Positions 1 to 10,748 of a stretch of 29,703 nucleotides of DNA are shown in pieces. A model generated the notes under the pieces. The model was not told where the DNA came from. It saw only the letters and a list, made by a program, of their open reading frames with translations, and did no database searches. The stretch comes from Dongiaceae bacterium (lineage in GTDB: Bacteria; Pseudomonadota; Gammaproteobacteria; Pseudomonadales; Ketobacteraceae). The stretch covers positions 1 through 29,703 of the forward strand of contig DATLII010000187.1 in NCBI GenBank assembly GCA_035539495.1. Reading direction: 5' to 3'. The position numbers were made by a program, and so were the translations under genes. How positions within the stretch are numbered: the stretch's first letter is position 1; each line of letters begins with the position of its first letter.

Positions 1-1029
<1,029 letters not shown>

Positions 1030-2214
1030 TTAAGAAGTGGAAACCGTGGATACGGCCCAGCCATTGGCGCCCTGCAGCAACTGCCGCGTACAACCTTCGG
1101 ACTGGGGCGTCTGCGCATCATCCAGCGCCTGGATGACAATTTCACCAGCGGCCCGCAAGGCGCGGACCTGTGCCTGCAAACCGGCATCTGCATGCGCCGG
1201 CGCAAAAATACGGTCGGGAATGATGGGGTCGGCGCTGCGCCGCATCAGTTCCGCCAGATCGGTACTGAAGCCGGTAGCGGGACGGGCCCGACCGAACACT
1301 TCGCCGATATGATCATAGCGGCCACCGTTAGCGATGGCCTGCCCCATGCCCGGCACATACGCGCTGAACACCGGGCCAGTGTGATAGTGATAGCCGCGCA
1401 ATTCTCCCAGGTCGAAATAGAGATTCACGCTGGGATGGGACTGCGTCAGCTGGTCAGCAATCTGTTCCAGCTCCGCCAGCGCCTGCACAACGGCTTTGGG
1501 TGCGGCACTCAATTGCTGACGCGCCCGGGCAATGACATTCCGATCCCCTGCCAGGGACACCAGCGCCCGCAACATGGCACGCACTTCTACATCGCGTACC
1601 TGCTGCGCCAGGAACTGTTCCAGTTCCGGAACGGCCTTGCGCTGGAAAATCTCAAACAGTTGCCATTCCTGCACTTCGCTCAGGCCCGCCGCCGCCGCCA
1701 GCGTACGGTAGATGGCGACATGGCCCAGATCCAGGTGAAGGGCACTCGTGTCAGCGAAAGCCAGAGTTTCCAGCATCAGGCGGATCACTTCTACGTCGCT
1801 GGCTACGCCACCGTGGCCGTAGATTTCGGCACCGATCTGGATCAGGCAGCGACTGGCAGTCAGGCTTTCAGGCTTGGCGTGAAGGATATGACCGGCATAA
1901 CACAGACGGGTAACGCCTTCGCGGTTCAGCGTGTGGGCGTCGATGCGGGCCACCTGGGGCGTCATGTCGGCGCGGATGCCCATCAGACGGCCGGTCAATT
2001 GGTCCGTCAGCTTGAAGGTCTGCAGGGCGAGGTCATTACCGGCCCCAGTCAGCAGGGATTCCAGATATTCCACCAGCGGGGGGAATACCTGCTCATAACC
2101 CCAGCTGCGATACAGGTCCAACAAGTCACGGCGCAACTGCTCCAGCCGGGCGGCCCGGGGAGGCAGGATTTCCTCGATTCCATCGGGAAGTAACCATCGT
2201 TCTGCGGTAGACAT
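1030..2214 (-). CDS. hisZ: ATP phosphoribosyltransferase regulatory subunit
   Basis: 394 aa with WLLPDGIEE, GIRADMTPQVARID, RLCYAG, QIGAEIYG, DLGELRGYHYHTG and GGRYD..FGRARPATGFS. It lies immediately upstream of purA. Confidence 0.95.
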   Translation of the reverse strand: MSTAERWLLPDGIEEILPPRAARLEQLRRDLLDLYRSWGYEQVFPPLVEYLESLLTGAGNDLALQTFKLTDQLTGRLMGIRADMTPQVARIDAHTLNREGVTRLCYAGHILHAKPESLTASRCLIQIGAEIYGHGGVASDVEVIRLMLETLAFADTSALHLDLGHVAIYRTLAAAAGLSEVQEWQLFEIFQRKAVPELEQFLAQQVRDVEVRAMLRALVSLAGDRNVIARARQQLSAAPKAVVQALAELEQIADQLTQSHPSVNLYFDLGELRGYHYHTGPVFSAYVPGMGQAIANGGRYDHIGEVFGRARPATGFSTDLAELMRRSADPIIPDRIFAPAHADAGLQAQVRALRAAGEIVIQALDDAQTPQSEGCTRQLLQGANGWAVSTVSTS

Positions 2215-2244
2215 GCTCGGATCGCTGTGTAAACCCTGTGGTCG

Positions 2245-2272
2245 AAAAAAAACCGGGGGAGCGCCCCGGTTT
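2245..2272 (-). terminator. Intrinsic terminator-like hairpin (hflKC terminator and/or hisZ-purA leader attenuator)
   Basis: The minus strand reads AAACCGGGG-cgctc-CCCCGGTTT, and the right arm runs into T8 (A8 on the plus strand at 2245-2252). Confidence 0.75.
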
Positions 2273-2276
2273 CCTT

Positions 2277-2305
2277 ATGATACCACGCTTGCCGGTTCAG
2301 GTCAG
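2277..2305 (-). promoter_or_regulatory. Putative sigma70 promoter for hisZ-purA
   Basis: Minus strand CTGACC (2305-2300), 17-nt spacer, extended -10 TGgTATCAT (hexamer 2282-2277). Predicted TSS is about 2270-2272. Confidence 0.55.
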
Positions 2306-2336
2306 ACCCTTGGCCGGTTTTTTCCAGCCGAGGGTC
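2305..2336. repeat. Imperfect inverted repeat just downstream of the hflC stop
   Basis: GACCCTTGGC (2305-2314) pairs with GCCGAGGGTC (2327-2336) at 9 of 10 positions, with a 12-nt loop. There is no adjacent U-tract on the minus strand. Confidence 0.55.
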
Positions 2337-2349
2337 AATACTGGGCCGG

Positions 2350-3216
2350 TCAGTTCTTTTTCAGGTACTGGAAGAACTCGCCGTCCGGCTTCACCACCAG
2401 CACGTCCCGCTTGTCACGGAACACAGTGCGGTAAGCTTCCAGGCTACGGTAGAAGTTGTAGAACTCCGGATCCTTCTGGTAGGCATTGGCGTAGATGGCG
2501 GCGGACAGACCGTCGCCTTCACCACGCAATTCTTCCGCCTGCTTGTAGGCGGTCGCCAGGATCACGGTGCGCTGGCGGTCGGCATCGGCGCGAATACCTT
2601 CGGCCAGCTCGTTACCGCGGGACCGGTGACCACGGGCTTCCCGCTCCCGCTCCGCCCGCATCCGCTCATATACCGAGCCGGAGACGCTAGACGGCAGCTC
2701 GATCCGCTTGACCCGGATTTCCACCACCTCGATACCCATACCTTCACGGGCCTTCTCGCCCACGGTCTTGGTCAGGCCCAGCACCAGCTCTTCCCGCTCA
2801 CCAGCCACCACTTCATACACAGTGCGCTCGCCGAACTGGTTGCGCAGCCCCTCGTTCACCCGAGGCGCCAGCAGTTGCTGCACCTTGCTTTCCTGGCCAC
2901 CGCCAGTAGCGGTGAAGAACTTGGCCACGTCCTCGATTCGCCACACCACGTAGGAGTCTACGATCAGACGTTTCTTCTCTTGAGTCAGGTATTCTTCCTG
3001 ACGCATCTCAATGACCCGCACGCGGCCGTCAAAAATACGGACTTCGTGCATGACGGGCACTTTGAAATGCAGGCCAGGTTGCAGATCGGTACTGACGATC
3101 TCACCGAAACGCAGCAGCACGCCGCGCTCACTCTGTTTGATGGTGAAAGCGGTGCTGGAAATCAACAAGGCCACCAGGGCCAGGACCACCAGAATGGTCA
3201 TGCCACGCGGGTTCAT
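2350..3216 (-). CDS. hflC: FtsH protease modulator HflC (SPFH domain)
   Basis: N-terminal TM segment, GVLLRFGEIV..PGLHFKVP, and RAEREREARGHRSRG...ADADRQRTVILA...FYRSLEAY. The start is placed at ATG 3216 (MNPRG), which overlaps the hflK stop as TGATG; 288 aa. Confidence 0.95.
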   Translation of the reverse strand: MNPRGMTILVVLALVALLISSTAFTIKQSERGVLLRFGEIVSTDLQPGLHFKVPVMHEVRIFDGRVRVIEMRQEEYLTQEKKRLIVDSYVVWRIEDVAKFFTATGGGQESKVQQLLAPRVNEGLRNQFGERTVYEVVAGEREELVLGLTKTVGEKAREGMGIEVVEIRVKRIELPSSVSGSVYERMRAEREREARGHRSRGNELAEGIRADADRQRTVILATAYKQAEELRGEGDGLSAAIYANAYQKDPEFYNFYRSLEAYRTVFRDKRDVLVVKPDGEFFQYLKKN

Positions 3217-4367
3217 CAGCGACCCTCCCAACGACTGTCACGGGACTGACGGATACGGTCGAGACCTCGCACGCTATCCGCTGGTTTCGCGGTGTCGGTG
3301 CGGGTCTGCTGGGAAGACGATATATCCGCCGGTTGTGGCGCCATCAATGGAGCGGCACCCTGCAGCATTTTGTCCAACGGAAGATACAGCATATTCCCAG
3401 TACCCTCGGTATCCAGCATCACCTTGGTGCTGCTGCCCATGACCTGCTCCATGGTTTCGATATAGAGACGGCGCCGGGTCACTTCCGGGGCCTTTTTGTA
3501 TTGCGCATACAGCTGCTCGAAGCGGGCAGCTTCACCCGTTGAACGCTCCACCACTTCAGCCTTGTAGGCGTTGGCTTCTTCGATCATACGTTGCGCCTTA
3601 CCGCGGGATTCCGGCACTACCTGATTGGCGTAGGCCTGGGCCTCATTCTTCACCCGCTCTTCGTCTTCTTTCGCCTTGATTACGTCATCGAACGCGTCTT
3701 TTACATCCTTGGGCGGATGGGCGTCCTCGACGTTGATCTTGCTCACCACCAGACCGGTCTGGTAGCGGTCCAGGTATTCCTGCAGACGCTTATCCACTTC
3801 CACTGCGATCGCCTCACGGCCATCGGTGAGCACGCGATCCATCTCGCTGCCGCCGACGACATGGCGCAGCGCGCTTTCGACGGAATTACGCAGGGCACCG
3901 ATGGGATCGCCGGAATTGAGGAAGAATGCCTGGGGATCGTTGACCCGATACTGCACCTGCAGATCGATGTCGACGATGTTCTGGTCTTCGGTGAGCATGG
4001 TGGCGCGCACCGGCATGGAATTGAGCTGGTTGGTATCGACCTTCATGACGCTGTCGATACCCCAGGGATTCCAGTGCAGACCCGCGGTGATTACGTCGTG
4101 GAATTTGCCGAATCGCAGCACTACGGCCTGCTCCGCCTGCTCCACTCGATAGAAGCCGGCCGCACCCCAGACGATGGCGAGCAGCCCGAGAATCAGGCCA
4201 ATCAGGCCCAGGCTGCCATTGTCGTCACCGGAGCCGCCAAACATACCGCCGAAACGGTCCTGCAGCTTTTTGAGCACGTCATCCAGATCGTTCGGCCCGC
4301 CACGACCATCGCGGCCGCGCCAGGGATCCTGATTGTTGCGCCCGCCGCCGGGCTCGTTCCAGGCCAT
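3216..4367 (-). CDS. hflK: FtsH protease modulator HflK
   Basis: MAWNEPGGG..DPW N-terminus, one TM helix, SPFH domain (MLTEDQNIVDI), and VTRRRLYIETMEQV; 383 aa. Confidence 0.97.
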   Translation of the reverse strand: MAWNEPGGGRNNQDPWRGRDGRGGPNDLDDVLKKLQDRFGGMFGGSGDDNGSLGLIGLILGLLAIVWGAAGFYRVEQAEQAVVLRFGKFHDVITAGLHWNPWGIDSVMKVDTNQLNSMPVRATMLTEDQNIVDIDLQVQYRVNDPQAFFLNSGDPIGALRNSVESALRHVVGGSEMDRVLTDGREAIAVEVDKRLQEYLDRYQTGLVVSKINVEDAHPPKDVKDAFDDVIKAKEDEERVKNEAQAYANQVVPESRGKAQRMIEEANAYKAEVVERSTGEAARFEQLYAQYKKAPEVTRRRLYIETMEQVMGSSTKVMLDTEGTGNMLYLPLDKMLQGAAPLMAPQPADISSSQQTRTDTAKPADSVRGLDRIRQSRDSRWEGR

Positions 4368-4467
4368 AAAATAGCTCCGTTAAGGTTCAGGCTCCGAAAT
4401 GTTATTGCATCTCAGAACGTTATAGTAGGTATAAATTATTCGGGTGACGCTTTTTTCGCAATTTCGG

Positions 4468-5760
4468 TTAGACCTGCAGCAACCCCGCGTCCAGGTCGAA
4501 GCGTTTCAGCATCTGCTGCCAGGTTTTCATTGGCATGCGAATGGACAGCAGGGTGTTACCGGCATCATCCATGCTTTCTTCCTGCACAGCCTTCAGCGAA
4601 TAACAATGGGCACGCACGGCGGACAGTGCAGGGGCCAGCTGCAGAACGCCCTCTACCATCTTCTTGCCCAGGCGCTCGTTCAGCACTAGCAGCAGCAGGT
4701 CGAGCCCGGCGCCCGTGACGGCAGATACCCACACGGCGATGGGAGTGCCTTCGTCGTCGCGGTCAACTCTGGGAGGGAAATCCCCCATCAGGTCGATCTT
4801 GTTGTAGACCATCACACCCGGCACCTGATCCGCACCGATCTCAGTCAATACTTCCTGCACCTGAAAAATATTGTCGTCACGGTCCACCGCGCAGGCATCC
4901 ACCACATGCACCAGAAAATCGGCTTCACGGGTTTCTTCCAGTGTGGCGCGGAAGGCTTCCACCAGCTTGTGGGGCAAATGACGGATGAAGCCAACCGTAT
5001 CCGCCAGGATGATGCCGCCCAGATCCGGTACTTCAATCCGACGCACCGTGGGATCCAGGGTGGCAAACAGCTGGTCGGCGGCGTAGACGTCGGACCGGGT
5101 CAGACGATTGAACAAAGTAGATTTGCCGGCGTTGGTGTAACCAACGATGGACACGGCCGGCACTTCGGCACGCTTGCGGGCACGACGACCCTGGTCGCGC
5201 TGAATGCGCACCTTTTCCAAGCGGGAGTTGATGGATTTGATACGGGCCCGCAGCAAGCGGCGGTCGGTTTCCAACTGGGTTTCACCCGGACCACGCAGAC
5301 CGATACCGCCCTTCTGCCGCTCCAAGTGCGTCCAGCCTCGCACCAAACGAGTGGACATGTGCTCGAGCTGAGCTAACTCCACCTGCAATTTGCCTTCGTG
5401 CGTGCGGGCGCGTTGCGCAAAAATATCCAGGATCAAACCAGTGCGATCCAGCACCCGGCATTTCAATTCACGCTCGAGATTACGTTCCTGGGATGGCGAC
5501 AAGGAATGGTTGAAGATGACGAGCTCGGCCTCACGGGCTTCGACGACACGGGCCAGCTCTTCCACTTTGCCAGTACCGATGAACAGGCGCGGGTCTGGCG
5601 CCGGGCGGGAACTCCGCACCAGCCCACAATTAACCGCGCCGGCGGAATCCACCAGCATCTCAAATTCCTGGGGATCTTCCCGCGTATATTCCTGCGGAAA
5701 ATCGACGTGGACGAGGACAGCCCGCTCACCGCCCTGAGGACGCTCGAACAAGGTTTCCAT
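4468..5760 (-). CDS. hflX: Ribosome-associated GTPase HflX
   Basis: ILDIFAQRART.EGKLQVELAQ, GPGETQLETDRR, GYTNAGKSTL, LFATLDPT, DTVGFI and NKID. Confidence 0.97.
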   Translation of the reverse strand: METLFERPQGGERAVLVHVDFPQEYTREDPQEFEMLVDSAGAVNCGLVRSSRPAPDPRLFIGTGKVEELARVVEAREAELVIFNHSLSPSQERNLERELKCRVLDRTGLILDIFAQRARTHEGKLQVELAQLEHMSTRLVRGWTHLERQKGGIGLRGPGETQLETDRRLLRARIKSINSRLEKVRIQRDQGRRARKRAEVPAVSIVGYTNAGKSTLFNRLTRSDVYAADQLFATLDPTVRRIEVPDLGGIILADTVGFIRHLPHKLVEAFRATLEETREADFLVHVVDACAVDRDDNIFQVQEVLTEIGADQVPGVMVYNKIDLMGDFPPRVDRDDEGTPIAVWVSAVTGAGLDLLLLVLNERLGKKMVEGVLQLAPALSAVRAHCYSLKAVQEESMDDAGNTLLSIRMPMKTWQQMLKRFDLDAGLLQV

Positions 5761-5812
5761 GGAGCGGATTACCTAGCGGTGGGAAGTGAGAACAGGCTGC
5801 CGTACTCCGCGA

Positions 5813-6085
5813 TTACAGCCCTGGCTCGCCGTTGCCGCCGCCATCGTGGCCACCGCGCTCAGAGCCGCCGCCATGAGCGCGGGGATTGCGGGCGGGAACG
5901 ACGGTGGAAATGGCGTGCTTGTAGACCATCTGGTTGACGGTGTTGCGCAGCAACACGACGTATTGATCGAACGATTCGATCTGCCCCTGCAGCTTGATAC
6001 CATTGACCAGAAAGATAGAAACCGGAATCCGTTCTTTACGCAAAGCGTTCAGAAAAGGGTCTTGTAAACTATGCCCTTTAGACAT
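5813..6085 (-). CDS. hfq: RNA chaperone Hfq, 90 aa
   Basis: [46 protein letters not shown]...[10 protein letters not shown]. An AGGAGA SD precedes ATG 6085; the ORF track start at 6142 is over-extended. Confidence 0.98.
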   Translation of the reverse strand: MSKGHSLQDPFLNALRKERIPVSIFLVNGIKLQGQIESFDQYVVLLRNTVNQMVYKHAISTVVPARNPRAHGGGSERGGHDGGGNGEPGL

Positions 6086-6171
6086 AAAGATCTCCTTACA
6101 AGTAGTGCCCAAAATCGGGCGAAAAGAGCGAAAAGCAACCAATTGAGAAAAACAACAACAAAAGCTGTCGG

Positions 6172-7161
6172 CTAGATTAGGATGCGGTCGACTGCCAAAA
6201 TTTTCAAGACGTTTTCCAATAAATTTGGATCATCGCTGTCGAACCAATGCAAATCCTGCCAACTTCGGAGCCAGGTAATCTGACGCTTGGCGAGCTGTCG
6301 CGTAGCGATGACACCCCGCTCCTCCATTTCAGCGTAGTCGGTTTTACCTGCCAGACAATCCCACATCTGCCGATAGCCTACGGCCCGTATCGAGGGCAGA
6401 TTTGGATGCAGGTCGCCGCGTTCGTATAGCGCCTTCACTTCATTATAAAAGCCCTGCTCCAGCATCGCGCGAAAACGTGCCGCAATCCGTTTGTGCAAAA
6501 TGGCACGATCGGGCGGACAGACCGCAAGGTTGGTCACACGATACGGAAAACTGGCGGCGTCGCCACCCCAACTGTCATCCACTCCGCCGGCTTTCTGTTG
6601 CTGCTGCCAATCAGTAAGGGTGCGGCCAGTGGCACGATAAACTTCAAGCGCTCGCTGCAACCGCTGCGGATCATTCGGGTGAATACGGGCGGCGGCCACC
6701 GGATCGATCTGCTGCAATTCCACATGCAATGCGGCCCACCCTTTTTCCGCCGCCTCGGCCAGCAACTGCGTCCGCACCTGTTCATCGGCGGAGGGCAGAT
6801 CGGCAATGCCTTCCCTTAGTACTTTGAAATAGAGCATGGTTCCGCCCACCAGCAGAGGAATTTTGCCCTGGGCGGTGATGTCGGCCATTTCCCGCAAGGC
6901 GTCATCGCGGAAGTCGGCGGCGGAATAACTTTCGGAGGGATCGAGAAAACTGATCAGGCGGTGGGGGGCTTTAGCCAACAATTCTGCATCGGGCTTGGCG
7001 GTGCCGATATCCATCCCTTTATAGACGAGGGCGGAATCGACGCTGATGATCTCCATCGGGAAGCGCTGCACCAGCTCCACCGCCAGCGCGGTTTTGCCGG
7101 AGGCGGTGGGACCCATCAGAAAAATGGCGGGCGGCTTGGAGTTACTGACCGGATCTGTCAC
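6172..7161 (-). CDS. miaA: tRNA dimethylallyltransferase
   Basis: [36 protein letters not shown] and [12 protein letters not shown]. The start is re-picked at GTG 7161, just after the mutL stop; the exact start is uncertain. Confidence 0.95.
   Translation of the reverse strand: MTDPVSNSKPPAIFLMGPTASGKTALAVELVQRFPMEIISVDSALVYKGMDIGTAKPDAELLAKAPHRLISFLDPSESYSAADFRDDALREMADITAQGKIPLLVGGTMLYFKVLREGIADLPSADEQVRTQLLAEAAEKGWAALHVELQQIDPVAAARIHPNDPQRLQRALEVYRATGRTLTDWQQQQKAGGVDDSWGGDAASFPYRVTNLAVCPPDRAILHKRIAARFRAMLEQGFYNEVKALYERGDLHPNLPSIRAVGYRQMWDCLAGKTDYAEMEERGVIATRQLAKRQITWLRSWQDLHWFDSDDPNLLENVLKILAVDRILI
6179..6207 (-). promoter_or_regulatory. Possible hfq promoter inside the 3' end of miaA
   Basis: Minus strand TTGAAA-N17-CATCCT. 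The -10 is weak; the position matches the known arrangement of an hfq promoter within miaA in gammaproteobacteria. Confidence 0.3.
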
Positions 7162-7166
7162 GACTG

Positions 7167-9032
7167 TCAGCGCCCCCGCAGGAACAGCTTGTCCAGATCC
7201 GTCAGGCTCATGGGCACCCAGGTGGGACGACCATGATTGCACTGGCCGCTGCGCTCGGTAATTTCCATGTCCCGTAACAGGGCGTTCATTTCCGGCAGCG
7301 TAAGTTTGCGATTGGCGCGTACCGAACCGTGACAGGCCATGGTGGCCAGCAGTTCGTTCAGTACATTGTCAATGCGCTGACTGTTGCCTTCCGCCACCAC
7401 ATCCGACAACACATCCCGCACCAACTGCTCGACATTGGCGTTGCGGAGCAGGATGGGCAGTTCACGGATCAGCAGCGTTTCTGGACCCATGCGCTCGAGT
7501 TCGAAGCCAAGACGTCGGAACAAATCGGACTGCTCTTCGGCGAAATCCGCTTCGCGGGAACTGACCGCCATGCTGTGCGGTACCAGCAGCGGCTGCGAGC
7601 GGATCTTTTCTTCATCCCAACTGGTTTTCAGGCGCTCGTAGGTAATGCGCTCGTGGGCGGCGTGCATGTCCACCAGCACCAGGCCGTCGCGGTTTTGCGC
7701 CAGGATATAGATGCCATGCAATTGGGCCAGGGCAAAACCCAAGGGTGGAATGTCGCCGTCTTCTTCTGGCAGCGACTGGGGCGCGAGTGCAGCCCCGGCC
7801 TGGGTGCCGAATAATGATGATGACGTCAGTGCATTGGATTCCACTGGCTCGGGATGCAGGCGCTGGTAGGCTTGCATGGTTTCGCGCACCTGCCAGGCCG
7901 GTGTGGCGGCTTGAAGCGGCAGATGCAGTCGGGTTTGTTCACGAAATTCACCGGCCTCAATTCCACGCACCGCGGGTGCGGAAGATGCGGTCAATGTTGC
8001 GAGAGCGGGTTGCGGCTGGGCGTCCGCCGGTGTCAGTTCAGCAATGGCCCGATGCAAGGTGCGAAACAAAAAGTCATGCACCTGACGGCTTTCCCGGAAC
8101 CGCACTTCATGTTTGGTCGGGTGCACATTCACGTCGACGCCTTTCGGATCCAATTCCAGGAACAGCACGTAGGCGGCATGACGGCCGTGGTACATCACGT
8201 CCTGGTAAGCCTGACGCACGGCGTGATTCACCACTTTGTCGCGCACGCTGCGGCCATTGACGAAGAAATACTGCAGATCAGCCTGACTGCGGGAGAACGT
8301 AGGAAGACCGAGCCACCCCCACAAACGCAGCCCTGGTGTTTGGGTATCGACACGCACGGCGTTCGCCACGAAATTGCTGCCGCACAAGCTGCCGACGCGG
8401 CGGTCCTGCTCAGCATCGTCCGTTGCCGGCTTCAGCGCATGCACTATCCGCTGGTTGTGGCGCAGGGTGAACCCGACCGTGAAATGGCTCAGCGCCAAGC
8501 GCTTTACCACTTCTTCCAGATGGTTGAATTCGGTTTTGTCGGTGCGCAGAAATTTGCGCCGGGCGGGTGTATTGAAGAACAGGTCGCGCACTTCCACCGT
8601 GGTGCCCTGACTGTGGGCGGCGGGCGCGATGACGGATTCCATATCGCGGCCTTCCGCCTGTACTTTCCAGCCTGCGCCGGTGCCATCGGGGCTGGATGTC
8701 AGCGACAAGCGCGACACAGAACTGATACTGGCGAGCGCTTCGCCGCGGAAGCCCAGGGTAGCGACACCTTCCAGATCGTCCAGATCGCGAATCTTACTGG
8801 TGGCGTGACGGGCGATGGTGAGCGGCAAATCGTCCTGCTCGACGCCGCCGCCATTGTCGCGAATACGGATCAATTTGATACCGCCGTCTTCCACATCAAT
8901 GTCCAGGCGGGTGGCACCGGCATCCAGGCTGTTTTCCAGCAGCTCTTTCACCACAGAGGCGGGACGTTCGACAACCTCCCCCGCCGCGATCTGGTTGGCC
9001 AGGCGGGGGGTGAGGCGATTGATCTTGGCCAA
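7167..9032 (-). CDS. mutL: DNA mismatch repair protein MutL
   Basis: [51 protein letters not shown], and C-terminal [12 protein letters not shown] and CNHGRP. The start is re-picked at TTG 9032, downstream of a GAAAGG SD-like sequence. Confidence 0.96.
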   Translation of the reverse strand: MAKINRLTPRLANQIAAGEVVERPASVVKELLENSLDAGATRLDIDVEDGGIKLIRIRDNGGGVEQDDLPLTIARHATSKIRDLDDLEGVATLGFRGEALASISSVSRLSLTSSPDGTGAGWKVQAEGRDMESVIAPAAHSQGTTVEVRDLFFNTPARRKFLRTDKTEFNHLEEVVKRLALSHFTVGFTLRHNQRIVHALKPATDDAEQDRRVGSLCGSNFVANAVRVDTQTPGLRLWGWLGLPTFSRSQADLQYFFVNGRSVRDKVVNHAVRQAYQDVMYHGRHAAYVLFLELDPKGVDVNVHPTKHEVRFRESRQVHDFLFRTLHRAIAELTPADAQPQPALATLTASSAPAVRGIEAGEFREQTRLHLPLQAATPAWQVRETMQAYQRLHPEPVESNALTSSSLFGTQAGAALAPQSLPEEDGDIPPLGFALAQLHGIYILAQNRDGLVLVDMHAAHERITYERLKTSWDEEKIRSQPLLVPHSMAVSSREADFAEEQSDLFRRLGFELERMGPETLLIRELPILLRNANVEQLVRDVLSDVVAEGNSQRIDNVLNELLATMACHGSVRANRKLTLPEMNALLRDMEITERSGQCNHGRPTWVPMSLTDLDKLFLRGR

Positions 9033-9048
9033 GACGAAAACCTTTCGT

Positions 9049-10638
9049 TCAGGAATTGGGGATACGCAGCACCTGGCCCACGCGGACGGTGCCCGAGTTG
9101 TCGAGGGCATTGTACCGCATCAGGCTGGCCAGGCTGACCTGATAACGCTGGGCGATGTGGGAGAGGGTTTCGCCTTTTTCGATGCGGTGCTGCCGATTGT
9201 CGCCCGCCATTGCCACGACGCTGCCGCCGGCATTGCGATTGGCGAAATAGGTGCCTGGTGGCGGATGCTGGTCGAAGTAGGCGACCAGGCCCTTGCTGAT
9301 GGCCCGGGCCAGAGTGGTCTGATGTGCTTCGGAACGCAGCTTGGTTTCCTCGGACGGATTGGAGATGAAACCGGTTTCCACCAGGATCGACGGAATGTCT
9401 GCCGTTTTCAGCACGGCAAAACCGGCCTGCTCCACCCGCCGGCTGTGCAGCCGGGTGTGGCGGCCTACTTCGCCCAGCACGATGCCGCCCACTTTCAGAC
9501 TGTGCTCCATGCTGCCTTCCATCGCCAGATCCGCCAGCACGGAGGCAAGCATTTCGTCCTTATCGTCCAGGCTAACGCCGCCAATCATGTCGGATTCGTT
9601 TTCCTTTTCCGCCAGCACCCGGGCCAGCGTACTCGTCGCCCCACTGCGAGACAGAGCGAATACCGAGGCGCCATGCGCCTTGCGATTGTGAGCCGCGTCG
9701 GCGTGGATGGAGACGAACAGGTCAGCCTTGTATTTCTTGCGGGCGATCTCGCGCCGGCTGGCCAACGGCAGGAAGTAGTCGCCGTTGCGCACCAACACCG
9801 CCTTCACGCCTTTTTCTGCGTTGAGGGTGTTGTAGAGGCGGCGAGAAATCTGCAGCACGACGTCCTTTTCCCGCGTGCCGCGGGGGCCGCTGGCACCAGG
9901 GTCGTCACCACCGTGGCCCGCGTCGATAGCGATGATGATGTCGCGCCCGCCAGCAGTACTAGCGGGCTTGGGTGCGCCAGTGGCTGGAGCAGGCGCCGGC
10001 ACAGTGGAAGGCGATTGGGCGACAGGTCCGGGATAGGGTGTCGGCACCAGGGGTGGTTTGGCAGTGGCGGCTGGTTTTGCCCCACCAGCGTTTGGCGCAG
10101 GCTGCATGGACGTGGTGGGCGATGGGACGCCGGTGACCGCTGGAGCAGGTGTAGTTGTTGGCGTCGACGCAGCCGTTGGAGTCGGAACCGGTGCGCTCTG
10201 CGCCACCGCCGTTTCCACCTGGAACAGATCCACCACCAGGCGGTGGCCATATTGGGCGTTGGGCTTAAGGAGGAAACTCTTAGGCCGCAGAGGTTGTGAG
10301 ATATCCAGTACTACCCGCAATCCGTTGGTGCCTTGGGGGCCGCTGCGCACATTGCTGATCAACCCGCCCTTCAGGCTCTGCAGGTTGATAGTCGGTGCTT
10401 TATCCGCCTGAATCAGATCGATCACCACCCGATCCGGGTTCTGCAGGGTGAACAATTGATGCTCCACCGGGCCGCTCAAATCGAACACCAGGCGCGTGTT
10501 ATCCGGTGCCTGCCAAACGCGCACGCTGGTGATTTTCTCGAGTGCCAGGGAAGCCGGAGCGAATAGGATAGCGCCAAGCAACATCAGGGCTTGGAGCAAT
10601 TTGCTAAAGGAGTAATGCAAAGGGTTTTCTAACCTCAT
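9049..10638 (-). CDS. amiB: N-acetylmuramoyl-L-alanine amidase (signal peptide, AMIN domain, long P/A/T linker, Amidase_3, C-terminal LysM)
   Basis: [16 protein letters not shown] (AMIN), [33 protein letters not shown], and [24 protein letters not shown] (LysM). It sits between tsaE and mutL. Confidence 0.93.
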   Translation of the reverse strand: MRLENPLHYSFSKLLQALMLLGAILFAPASLALEKITSVRVWQAPDNTRLVFDLSGPVEHQLFTLQNPDRVVIDLIQADKAPTINLQSLKGGLISNVRSGPQGTNGLRVVLDISQPLRPKSFLLKPNAQYGHRLVVDLFQVETAVAQSAPVPTPTAASTPTTTPAPAVTGVPSPTTSMQPAPNAGGAKPAATAKPPLVPTPYPGPVAQSPSTVPAPAPATGAPKPASTAGGRDIIIAIDAGHGGDDPGASGPRGTREKDVVLQISRRLYNTLNAEKGVKAVLVRNGDYFLPLASRREIARKKYKADLFVSIHADAAHNRKAHGASVFALSRSGATSTLARVLAEKENESDMIGGVSLDDKDEMLASVLADLAMEGSMEHSLKVGGIVLGEVGRHTRLHSRRVEQAGFAVLKTADIPSILVETGFISNPSEETKLRSEAHQTTLARAISKGLVAYFDQHPPPGTYFANRNAGGSVVAMAGDNRQHRIEKGETLSHIAQRYQVSLASLMRYNALDNSGTVRVGQVLRIPNS

Positions 10639-10664
10639 GAGCTTTCTGCACTTTTGACAAGCAC

Positions 10665-10693
10665 TATTTAGGCTTTTTTTGCCCGCTGGTCAA
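10665..10693 (-). promoter_or_regulatory. Possible sigma70 promoter upstream of amiB
   Basis: Minus strand TTGACC-N17-TAAATA in an AT-rich 110-bp gap between tsaE and amiB. The -10 match is weak. Confidence 0.3.
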
Positions 10694-10748
10694 ATTTTCA
10701 TTGCTCGAGCGCCATGAAAGGTAAATTATTGGCGGTTTTTCTTGTAAA

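Noticed and set aside
4368-4467. Internal hflK promoter in the AT-rich hflX-hflK gap (TTGCGA-N17-TAATTT, or a lone TATAAC)
   Set aside because: The two candidates conflict and each has one poor hexamer. A promoter is plausible but I cannot place it.
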